A DNA stretch of 64,000 nucleotides from contig CBDDBZ010000031.1 of NCBI GenBank assembly GCA_965225945.1, forward strand, positions 64,001 to 128,000, in the 5' to 3' direction. A program made the position numbers and the translations under genes. Within the stretch, counting starts at the first letter, position 1; the number at the start of each line of letters is the position of its first letter. Origin of the DNA: Alphaproteobacteria bacterium. Lineage in GTDB: Bacteria > Pseudomonadota > Alphaproteobacteria > GCA-2731375. Below, in pieces: positions 30,114 to 42,181 of this stretch. The notes under the pieces are model-generated. The model saw only the letters and a program-made list of their open reading frames with translations, had not been told where the DNA came from and searched no databases.

Positions 30114-31031
30114 CACGGTACAGTTGATCGACGCGGAGAGCGCCAACCACATCTGGGCGGAGCGCCATGATCGCCCGCTGGACGCCATTTTCGCGGTCCA
30201 GGACGAGATCACCGAAGCCATTGTCGCGGCCATCGAGCCCGAGCTCGCCCGCACCGAACGCGCGCGGGCCAAACGCAAGCCGCCCGATCTCTTGGATGCC
30301 TGGGATTGCTATCACCGGGGCCTCTGGCATCTTTATCAGTTCACAAAGGAAAGCAATATCAGGGCGCAACAGCTGATGCGCCAGGCGATGGAGATGGATC
30401 CCGGCTTCGCGCTTGCCTCCGCTGGGCTGGCGGACGCGCTGTACATGGGCGTGATGCACGGCTATTCGGAGGCGCCCGAACAATCCACGAGCGATGCCTT
30501 TGAAGCGGCACGGCGGGGTCTTACCCTCGACGACAAGCACGCCGGCGCACATTTTTCCCTGGGCCGGATCTACAACCTCAAGCGCGAGCACGACGCCGCC
30601 ATCGCCGAGTTGCAGACGGCGGTTGCCTTGAATCCCAGTTTCGCCGACGCCTATTACGGACTGAGTATGTCGCTGCTCTACGCGGGCAGGCCGGAGGAAT
30701 CGATCGTCGCCATGGATAATGCGCTGAGGCTCAGCCCGCATGATCCCTACCATTGGATTTTCCTGACGCTACGGGCGGGGGCCCTCGCGATTGCGAAGCG
30801 TCATGGGGAGGCCGTGGAGAACGCCAATGAGGCGGCGCGCCATCCGGGCGCCAAGTTGACAGCCTTCGCGGTGCAAGCGGGATGTCTGGCTCTCGTTGGG
30901 CGCCCAGGGGAAGCGCGCGCGGCATTGGACAGGGCGCGCCAATTCAAGCCGAACCTCTCGGCGGACTATCTCAGAATAATCTGGCCCTTCAAGAACCCAC
31001 GCGATTTCGACTATTTCATCGACGGCCTCCG

Positions 31032-32364
31032 TGTGGCTCCTCAGAACCCCATCTGCCGCAGAAATCATAGCGTTTCCGGCCACTGCCGACTACCGTCGTC
31101 GGCATGCAAGCGACCATCATGATTCTCTCCACCACGCTGCGCGAGACCTTCCTCAGCCGCGCGTCGCTACACCTGCAAAACCTCGCCCTCCGCCAGCAGG
31201 TGGCAATCCTGAAGCGGGAAAGGCGACGGCCGCGGCTCCAGACGCTCGGCCGCTTGTTCTGGGTCATCCTTTCCCGCCTTTGGCCGCGCTGGCGCGAGGT
31301 GCTGGTGATCGTAAGGCCGGAAACCGTCTTCGGCTGGCACCGCAGGGGATTTCGTGCATTCTGGACCTGGAAATCCAGGCGCGGCAAACCAGGACGGCCT
31401 CCGGTGCCCAAGGATGTCCGCGAACTCATCCGTCGAATGTGTCGGGAGAACCCCTTGTGGGGCGCTCCTCGCATCCACGGCGAACTCATGAAGCTGGGAA
31501 TCGAGGCATCGGAGGCGACGGTATCGAGGTACATGGTGCGGCATCGGAAGCCACCGTCGCAGACGTGGCGGACGTTCCTCGACAACCACGTCGGCTGCCT
31601 CGTCTCGGCCGATTTCTTTGTGGTGCCGACGGCCACGTTCGCCGTTCTGTTCGTCTTCATCGTGCTACGCCACGAACGGCGGCGCATCGAGCACGTCGGT
31701 GTTACAGCACACCCGACCACGGCGTGGGTGGCGCAGCAGATCCGCGAGGTTTTTCCGTGGGACACGGCACCACGGTATATCATGCGTGATCGGGACGGGG
31801 CGTACGGTCAGGAGTTTCGGGAGCGGTTGAAGGCGATGGGCATCGAGGAGGTTGTGACGGCGCCGCGAAGCCCATGGCAAAATCCGTTCGTCGAAAGGGC
31901 AATCGGCTCGATCAGGCGAGATTGTCTGGACCACGTCATTGTTCTCAACGAGCGCCATCTCCGACAGATTCTTTGTTCCTACCTCGCCTACTACCACGGG
32001 TCTCGCACGCACTTGGCGCTTGGGAAGGATACGCCCGATGGACGGCCCGTCCAGTCGGCCGACAGCGGAAAGGGGGTTGCGTTTCCTCGAGTTGGAGGAC
32101 TTCATCACCGGTACGAGCGCCTCGCGGCCTAAGGACCGACAACGGCATTTGCCCCAGGAGGTGCTGCTAGAAGCGAGCGGCCCGTTTCCGCTGCGCCGAC
32201 ACCGTTGAGAAAAAGAACACAGCGCCAACATTCAGCTTGTGCATATCGGTCGATGCGACCGTTGCAATCTTTCCGCCGGGTCCAACGACCGACACTGTCG
32301 CCCGGGTCGTTCGTCTCGGACCCCCCCCCCCCCCGCGCTGCAGAATAGGTTTTGAGGAACGACA
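31032..32364 (+). mobile_element. IS481/IS3-like element with integrase-core transposase
   Basis: IR TGTGGCTCCTCAGAACC / GGTTTTGAGGAACGACA; no TSD. Confidence 0.8.
31104..32132 (+). CDS. Integrase-core (rve) transposase
   Basis: ENPLWGAPRIHGEL, ADFF, RDRD, SPWQNPFVER.IGS.RR.CLD. Confidence 0.92.
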   Translation: MQATIMILSTTLRETFLSRASLHLQNLALRQQVAILKRERRRPRLQTLGRLFWVILSRLWPRWREVLVIVRPETVFGWHRRGFRAFWTWKSRRGKPGRPPVPKDVRELIRRMCRENPLWGAPRIHGELMKLGIEASEATVSRYMVRHRKPPSQTWRTFLDNHVGCLVSADFFVVPTATFAVLFVFIVLRHERRRIEHVGVTAHPTTAWVAQQIREVFPWDTAPRYIMRDRDGAYGQEFRERLKAMGIEEVVTAPRSPWQNPFVERAIGSIRRDCLDHVIVLNERHLRQILCSYLAYYHGSRTHLALGKDTPDGRPVQSADSGKGVAFPRVGGLHHRYERLAA

Positions 32365-32429
32365 GGCCCGTGGCTGCCATCGGTTTCCTGGAGGCGCTTG
32401 CGGCGGCATGGCGACCTTCAGACACATTA

Positions 32430-33599
32430 TACCAATCGGCCTTGAGGGAGACTCACTTTGAGGATTCCCATGGTGGATGATTTCTGACTCAATTCCGGTG
32501 ATTCGGAGTTGAGGAGGTTCACCATGGGAGCGGCGATCGGGTTACGAGAGGATTTCGATGCGGCGGAGCTGCGTCGCTTGGCGAAGCTTGCCAAGGATGC
32601 CGGCCAGAGCCGCCGGCTCTTGGCTCTCGCGGTGATCTATGACGGTGGGCGGCGGACGGATGCGGCACGGACCGGCCACGTGGGGCTTCAGGTGATCCGA
32701 GATTGGGTGTTGCATTTCAACGCCGAGGGCCCGGACGGCTTGATCGATCGCAAGGCGCCCGGTGCGGTGGCGAAGCTCGACGATGCACAACGCCAGGCGC
32801 TGGGGGCACGCGTCGATGCGGGGCCGAACCCGGCGGTCGACGGCGTGGTGCGCTGGCGGCTGAAGGATCTGGCGGGCTGGATCCGGGATATGTTCGCGAT
32901 CTCGCTCGACGAGACCACGGTGAGCCGGGAATTGAAGGCGATGGGCTTCACGAAGATGACGGCGCGTCCGCGCCACCATGCCCAGGAGGAGGGCGTCATC
33001 GAGGATTTTAAAAAAATTCCCCGAGCTGGTGGCGCAAGCTCGCCGGCGCCTGCCCGACGGCACCGAGATAGAAATCTGGTGGCAGGACGAAGCCCGTGTC
33101 GGCCAGAAGAACAAGATCACTCGGCGCTGGGCGCGGCGCGGAACCCGGCCCCGCGCACCGCATGACCAGCGCACCAAATCAGCCTATATCTTCGGCGCCA
33201 TCTGTCCCGAACGCGGCGTCGGCGCCGCCCTCGTGCTCCCCCACTGCGACACCCAGGCCATGCAGCTGCATCTGGAGGAGATCTCCTCCCGGGTAGGCGC
33301 GCGCGCGCATGCCCTCCTGCTCCTCGATCAGGCGGGTTGGCACACCACGGACAAGCTGAAGATCCCCGCCAACGTTACCCTCCTGCCCCTGCCACCACGC
33401 TCGCCGGAGCTCAATCCGACCGAAAACATCTGGCAGTTCATGCGCGACAACTGGCTGTCCAACTTGGTCTTCCAATCCGACGAGCAGATCATCACCTCCT
33501 GCTGCGAAGCCTGGAACAAGCTCATCGATCAACCATGGAACATCACGTCCATCGGGCGGCGTAAATGGGCGCATGAGTTCTGATTAATGTCGATTGGTA
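32430..33599 (+). mobile_element. IS630-family element, two-ORF frameshift type
   Basis: IR TACCAATCG/CGATTGGTA, TTA on both flanks; HTH ORF from 32524 and DDE ORF (WQDEAR, LLLDQAGWH, SPELNP.ENIW) to 33583, joined at TTTTAAAAAAA. Confidence 0.9.
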
Positions 33600-33746
33600 T
33601 TAGGTCATAGTTCTCTCACATCGGCTCGAACGGTCACGGGCTACGGAGCTGCCTCATGAGAAGCTTCAAGCGGCACCTCCAATCCGCCGACACTGATGTC
33701 GGCTCCCATCGATATGGGCCGCGACGAAGCCTCCTGCAAGCTCACT

Positions 33747-33784
33747 CATCTATATCACATAAAGGACGTTATGTGATATAGATG
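33747..33784. promoter_or_regulatory. Putative tyrosine-recombinase site: perfect 16-bp arms, 6-bp spacer
   Basis: CATCTATATCACATAA-AGGACG-TTATGTGATATAGATG directly upstream of the recombinase. Confidence 0.8.
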
Positions 33785-33792
33785 GCGCACCG

Positions 33793-34797
33793 ATGGTCGG
33801 AGCGGGGGAGGGGAGCATGGAAGTGCTCGGGACGAGCGGAGGGAGCCTGGTCGCGGGCGGCGGGAGCGTCGTCGTCCCGGCGATCGTCGCCGAGGCCGGC
33901 GAGGGGCCGGCGCGGCGCTTCCTGGAGTTCTTCGCCGCCAACATCCGCAATCCCAACACCCGGGCAGCCTACCGGCGGGCGATCGGCGACTTCCTCGCCT
34001 GGTGCGAGGGTTTCGAGCTGCGCCTCGGCGAGATCCAGCCGCTCCACGTCGCCGCCTATGTCGAGGAACTGACGCAGCGTTACCGCGCGCCCACCGTGAA
34101 ACAACGCCTCGCCGCCATCCGCATGCTGTTCGACTGGCTGGTGATCGGCCAGGTGCCGCCCGCCAACCCGGCCTCGGCCGTGCGCGGACCGCGCCACTCG
34201 GTCACACGAGGAAAAACCCCGGTGCTCTCGGCCGAGGAAGCGCGGACGCTGCTGAATTCGATCCCGCTCCAGACCATCGCCGGCTTGCGCGATCGGGCGC
34301 TGATCGGGGTGCTGATCTACAGTTTCGCGCGGATCGGCGCCGCCCTGGCGCTCCGGGTCGAGGACTACTACCCCCAAGACAAGCGCTGGTGGCTCCGCCT
34401 CCACGAGAAAGGCAGCAAACAGCACGAAATGCCGGCGCATCACAATCTGGAAGCCTATCTCGACGCCTATATCCAGGCGACGGGGATCGTCGGGGATCCC
34501 AAGGGGCCGCTGTTCCGGACGCTCTCACGCGGGAAGGGAAGGCCGCTCAGCGACAATCCGCTGCCGCGCGAGAACGCCTACGCCATGATCAAGCGCCGCG
34601 CCCGGGCTGCCGGGATCGCGACGCCGATCGGCTGCCATACGTTTAGGGCGACGGGGATCACCGCCTATCTGGAGGGCGGCGGCACCCTGGAGAACGCCCA
34701 AGTCATGGCCGCGCACGCCTCGACGCGGACGACGCAGCTATATGACCGGCGGCGGGATCAAATCACGCTCGATGAGGTCGAGCGGATCGGGATTTAG
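33793..34797 (+). CDS. Tyrosine recombinase/integrase
   Basis: IRNPNTR.AY N-terminus; catalytic R (ARIG), K (EKG), HTFR, H (AAH), Y (LYD). Confidence 0.93.
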   Translation: MVGAGEGSMEVLGTSGGSLVAGGGSVVVPAIVAEAGEGPARRFLEFFAANIRNPNTRAAYRRAIGDFLAWCEGFELRLGEIQPLHVAAYVEELTQRYRAPTVKQRLAAIRMLFDWLVIGQVPPANPASAVRGPRHSVTRGKTPVLSAEEARTLLNSIPLQTIAGLRDRALIGVLIYSFARIGAALALRVEDYYPQDKRWWLRLHEKGSKQHEMPAHHNLEAYLDAYIQATGIVGDPKGPLFRTLSRGKGRPLSDNPLPRENAYAMIKRRARAAGIATPIGCHTFRATGITAYLEGGGTLENAQVMAAHASTRTTQLYDRRRDQITLDEVERIGI

Positions 34798-35126
34798 ACG
34801 AGAACCGCCTTCGTGGGAAGCCCGCTGACGGGCGAAAAGGACCCTCCGAAGGTATGCGCCCGGAAGAGACCGAGATCCGCTGACGGCCGTCTAAGCCCGG
34901 TATAGGGGGTGTCCCTCCGCCGTCAGCAAAAGGTGGTTTCTTGCTCCCCCTTCCCGGCTTCGCCGAATACCGCCGAGTTTGGCTGGGCAAAACGCCCCGC
35001 CGAAACGCTCGGCGTCTCGAGCCCGGTGCGATCCGCCGAGCGAAGCCGGGCCGCAAGCTTTCTCGCAGCGGTCACCAGCGCCAAGCGCGAGACGCCAGCG
35101 GAGCTGCCGGAGCCCTCAAGCGTGAG

Positions 35127-37973
<2,847 letters not shown>

Positions 37974-38125
37974 GGCAGGTGTCTTTCGGCGTGGTCGGCC
38001 CGCGCGCCGAGTGCACTATAGTGGTTCGCCCGCGGCCTGCGTAGGCATGCTCCCTCGCCCCCAGGCGGTCGGAAGGGGCGCGGGGCGGCACGGGAAATCA
38101 CCCGCTGGGGCGTTTGGTGTAGGAC

Positions 38126-39073
38126 ATGACCGATCACGGATCGAAGAAAGTGGTGTTTGCCGCGCTCGCCGGCAACTCGCTGATCGCCGTCACCAAGTTC
38201 GCGGCGGCGAGCTATACCGGCTCTTCTGCGATGCTGAGCGAGGCGGTCCACTCCCTGGTCGACACCGGCAACCAGGCGCTGCTGCTTTACGGCATGCGCC
38301 GCGCCGCCCGTCCGGCCGACAGCCGCCATCCCTTCGGCTACGGCATGGAGCTCTATTTCTGGACCTTCGTCGTCGCCATCCTGATCTTCTCGGTCGGCGC
38401 CGGCGTCTCGATTTACGAGGGCGTGAGCAAGCTGGCGGCGCCGACGGCGGTGACCAACGTCGTCGTCAACTTCGTGGTGCTGGGCCTGGCCATGGTATTC
38501 GAGGCCGGCGCCTGGTGGATCGCCTTCAAGGAATTCCGTGCCGTCAAGGGGCCGATCGGCTACCTGGCGGCGATCCGCGAGACCAAGGACCCGACCGTGG
38601 TGACAGTGCTGTTCGAGGACACCGCGGCGATGTTGGGTCTGCTCGTCGCCTTCGTCGCCATCGCGCTGGGCCATTGGCTCGGCCTGCCCGAGATCGACGC
38701 CGCCGCCTCCATCGTCATCGGCCTGATCCTGGGGGTGACCGCGGCGCTCTTGGCCTACGAGTGCAAGGGCCTGCTGATCGGCGAGTCGGCCACGTCGGCG
38801 ACGCTTTCCGAGATCGAGGGCGCGATCGGCGAACAGAAGGCAATTCTGAACGTCAACGAAATGCTGACCATGCATCTCGGCCCCCGGGACGTCCTGGTCA
38901 ACCTCAGCCTCGATTTCGAGGACGGGATTTCGGCCGAAGAGGTGGAGCGCGTGGTCTCCGAGCTCGAGGCGCGGATCAAGCAACGCGCGCCCGAAGTCAC
39001 GCGGGTCTCCGTCGAGGCACAGAGCTGGCTCGGCCACCTCCGGGCACACGGAGCGGGTCCCTCGGAGGCATAG
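38126..39073 (+). CDS. Cation diffusion facilitator transporter
   Basis: GSSAMLSEAVHSLVD, HPFGYG, EDTAA. Confidence 0.92.
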   Translation: MTDHGSKKVVFAALAGNSLIAVTKFAAASYTGSSAMLSEAVHSLVDTGNQALLLYGMRRAARPADSRHPFGYGMELYFWTFVVAILIFSVGAGVSIYEGVSKLAAPTAVTNVVVNFVVLGLAMVFEAGAWWIAFKEFRAVKGPIGYLAAIRETKDPTVVTVLFEDTAAMLGLLVAFVAIALGHWLGLPEIDAAASIVIGLILGVTAALLAYECKGLLIGESATSATLSEIEGAIGEQKAILNVNEMLTMHLGPRDVLVNLSLDFEDGISAEEVERVVSELEARIKQRAPEVTRVSVEAQSWLGHLRAHGAGPSEA

Positions 39074-39154
39074 CGAAGGGGTGGGCGGAGGGAGGACGAT
39101 TGGGGCTGGCGCGCGGCGCGACGATCGCCCACATTTAGGACCGATGGATCGAGC

Positions 39155-39958
39155 ATGCGACGCGCGTGGGACATATTTCGAGGGATTGGGCGCCGCCTCC
39201 GCTGGCCGGTGGCGGTTTTCGTCGTCTGTTTTTTGCTGCCGACGGCTCTCGCCCTCGGCGGCCGCCTGATCGGCGAGGCGCGTGGCATGAACTGGTGGGA
39301 AGCGCGCAACGACACCACGCATCAGGCGCCGGATCCGGCGAGGACGCCCGAGGCGGTGGTCGAGGTCTATACCGCCCGCGCCTTCGGCTGGCGCGGCGCC
39401 TTCGCCGTCCACACCTGGATCGCGGTGAAGCCGGAAGGCGCCGAGCATTACACCCGCTACGAGGTGATCGGCTGGTGGGTCTATCGCGGCCTTTCGGCGG
39501 TGGCGATCCGCCCGGGTATTCCCGATGCTCACTGGTTCGGAGCCAAGCCTTGGAAACTGTTCAGCCGGCGGGGCCGGGCGGCGGCGGCGCTGATCGAGGA
39601 GATCGATGCCGCCGCGCGGCGCTACCCCTATAGCGACAGCTACCGCGTCTGGCCCGGGCCCAATTCCAACACCTTCACCGCCTTTGTCGCCCGCGAGGTG
39701 CCGGGGCTCCGCCTCGAACTACCGGCGCTCGCCGTCGGCAAGGACTATCTGCCGGAGGGCCGGGTGATCGACAAGGCGCCGAGCGGCACCGGCTATCAGC
39801 TCTCGCTCGGCGGCGTCGTCGGGCTGACGATCGCCATGGAGGAGGGCTTCGAGATCAATCTGCTGGGTCTCACCTTCGGCCTCGACGCGACGCCGCCGGC
39901 GCTCAAACTGCCCGGAATAGGCCGCCTCGGCATGCCCCGGACCGATGAGGCCAAATGA
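39155..39958 (+). CDS. DUF3750-like protein
   Basis: AVHTWI, RYEVIGW, YRVWPGPNSNTF, GKDY. Confidence 0.8.
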   Translation: MRRAWDIFRGIGRRLRWPVAVFVVCFLLPTALALGGRLIGEARGMNWWEARNDTTHQAPDPARTPEAVVEVYTARAFGWRGAFAVHTWIAVKPEGAEHYTRYEVIGWWVYRGLSAVAIRPGIPDAHWFGAKPWKLFSRRGRAAAALIEEIDAAARRYPYSDSYRVWPGPNSNTFTAFVAREVPGLRLELPALAVGKDYLPEGRVIDKAPSGTGYQLSLGGVVGLTIAMEEGFEINLLGLTFGLDATPPALKLPGIGRLGMPRTDEAK

Positions 39959-40000
39959 GGCCCGATGAGGCCCGCTGAGGCCCGATGAGGCCCGCTGAGG
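39941..40000 (+). repeat. 10-bp tandem repeat x6, CCCG(A/C)TGAGG
   Basis: Directly visible; overlaps the stop of the upstream gene. Confidence 0.9.
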
Positions 40001-40017
40001 CGGCGTGGGCCTGTCGA

Positions 40018-40186
40018 GCGCTTGCCGACGCGGCGCTCGCCGACGGGCTCGCCGTCGACTACTATTTCGAGGTCTTCAACAGCATCGACGATCTCCTCGA
40101 CGGGATGGACCCGGCCAAGCCCAAGGCCGGCCCGCCCTTGCCCCGGCTCGACGACAAGGTCGGCATCGCCAAGGTGCTGACAGCCG
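40018..40186 (+). pseudogene. Degenerate partial duplicate of the PA14 gene region (45361-45696)
   Basis: ALADGLAVDYYFEVFNSID..KPKAGPPLPRLD.KVG.AKVLTA shared by both copies. Confidence 0.9.
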
Positions 40187-40270
40187 CCGACAGGGGCAAA
40201 AGAGCCGGCAACTTCCGCGGCGACACTTGGTGCAAGCCTAACGGTCACTACCGTCTGGTATCATGCATGG

Positions 40271-41681
40271 TTAGACACTGAAGTACATTTCATACTCCAG
40301 CGGATGCGTCGTGGTCTCGTCAGCGTGTAGTTCCTCGCGCTTGAGATGGAGATAGCCGTCGATCATGTCGTCGGTGAACACGTTGCCCCTCTTCAAGAAG
40401 TCCCGGTCCGCCGAAAGCGCCCGGCATGCTTCACGCAGACTTCTGCAGACGGTCGGCAGATCTTGGATCTCTTCGCCCGACATCTCGTACAGGTTTTGCT
40501 CCATGGGTTCGCCGGGATCGATCCGGTTTTCAATCCCGTCGATGCCCGCCATCAACATCGCCGCGAACGCCAGGTAAGGATTGGCGGATGGGTCGGGAAA
40601 GCGAACCTCCACGCGTTTACCGTTGGGAGTCGTGACGTGCGGGATACGGCAAGCCGCGGAACGAATTTCGCGAGGCGTAGCAAAGAAACACCGGTGCCTC
40701 ATAGCCCGGAACCAACCGTTTATAGCTGTTCGTCGTGGCATTGGTGAAAGCGTTGAGCGCCCGGGCGTGTTTGACTATTCCACCGATATAGTGGAGCGCC
40801 GTTTCCGATAGCCCATCATAGCCGTCACCGGCAAAGACCGGATTTCCGTCCTTCCATATCGACTGGTGTGTATGCATGCCAGAGCCGTTGTCATACATCA
40901 CGGGCTTGGGCATGAAAGTCGCGGTCTTGCCGAAGGATTGGGCGACGTTGTGGATGGCATACTTGAACTTCTGAATGGTATCGGCGCAGCGTACCAAGGT
41001 ATCTAAGCGCAACCCGAGCTCGTGCTGGCTCGGCGCCACCTCGTGGTGGTGTTTCTCGACTTTGACACCCATCTTAATCAGCACTTCGAGCATTTCAGCA
41101 CGTATCGCGCCGCCGTGATCGACCGGCGCGACCGGGAAGTAACCGCCCTTCGCCCTCGGTCTATGGCCGAGATTACCGTCCGGGTATTCCCGACCCGAGT
41201 TGTAAGGACCCTCCACAGAGTCGATTTCATAAAACGAGGTCTTCTGCTCGACCGAGAAGCGGACACTATCAAACATGAAGAATTCTGGTTCGGGACCAAA
41301 GTAGGCGGTATCGCCAATGCCGCTCTCGGACAGGTAGAACTCAGCCCGTTTGGCGACCCCACGAGGGCCTCGGCCGTAGTGCTCGCCTGTGCGTGGTTCC
41401 TTGACATCGCAGATCAGCATCAATGTCGCCGTTTCCGAGAATGGATCCATGAACGCAGTCTCGGGACGTGGACTCAACAACATGTCGGATTCACTGATGT
41501 CCTTCCAGCCGACAATGGACGAGCCGTCGAACATGACGCCGTCGGCGAAAAGTTCGGCGTCCACTGCGCTCGAGTGATAGGTCAGGTGATGCCACTTGCC
41601 TCGTGGATCAGTGAAGCAGAAATCCACGTTTTTGATATTCGTTTCGTCGATGAGTTTGAGAATTGATTCAACGTCAGACAT
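40271..41681 (-). pseudogene. glnA: Type I glutamine synthetase, frameshifted near 40665
   Basis: MFDGSSI.GW, HHHEVA, FMPKP..DNGSGMH, NSYKRLVPGYEAP; one extra T in AAT(T)CGTTCC breaks RNRSA; RVEVRFPD in the second frame. Confidence 0.9.
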
Positions 41682-41792
41682 CTTAGATCCTCCCATCTGC
41701 GTATCCATAACTCGTTCATCCCTATCACCATGTCTCGAATTGGAGAGTAAGTGTATATGCGATGCTGCGATCCAAGCGCAATTCTTATCAAA

Positions 41793-42137
41793 CTATAAGG
41801 AGGCGACTTCCATATCAGTCTTTCCACTACGTATTTGCACGCTATGATCCAAATTCAAGACAAAGACGCGGCCATCACCAATTTCACCCGTCGAAGCAGC
41901 GTCACGCAGCGTGCTCACGGCTTCGCCCGCGAGTTCCGACGATACGGCGAATTCGATCTTGGTCTTGGGCATGAAACCGACATCGTATTCGGCGCCACGA
42001 TAGAATTCTCGGCGCTCCTCGTGCGCGCCATACCGTCGTGCTTCCGTCACCAGCAACGCTTCCACCCCATGCGAGGCCAGAGCGCCGCGAACGTCTTCCA
42101 GCTTGTGAGATTGAATGATCGCAATGATGTATTTCAT
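41793..42137 (-). CDS. P-II family nitrogen regulator (divergent)
   Basis: YRGAEY, PK, TGEIGDGR.F; 114 aa. Confidence 0.92.
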   Translation of the reverse strand: MKYIIAIIQSHKLEDVRGALASHGVEALLVTEARRYGAHEERREFYRGAEYDVGFMPKTKIEFAVSSELAGEAVSTLRDAASTGEIGDGRVFVLNLDHSVQIRSGKTDMEVASL

Positions 42138-42181
42138 CCGACTACCCCCTGCCCTGCTTCGCCCGAGCCCGAGATCGGGCC

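Larger units (their letters stand above)
27972..31031 (+). pseudogene. SARP/BTAD regulator with TolB-like and TPR domains; frameshifted and disrupted by two IS
   Basis: LTLLGGF..RKA.ALLAFLA, LEPLDE.A, IAVLPFTNMSGDPEQEYFADG; frameshift near 28110; RITVQLID rejoined across IS1595. Confidence 0.88.

Noticed and set aside
32321-32335. Poly-C tract as a phase-variation switch
   Set aside because: It lies in the non-coding tail of an IS, not in a gene or evident promoter.
10180-35126. A single integrated island with att direct repeats or a tRNA target
   Set aside because: I could not find flanking direct repeats, a tRNA or Tn3-type 38-bp ends by eye.
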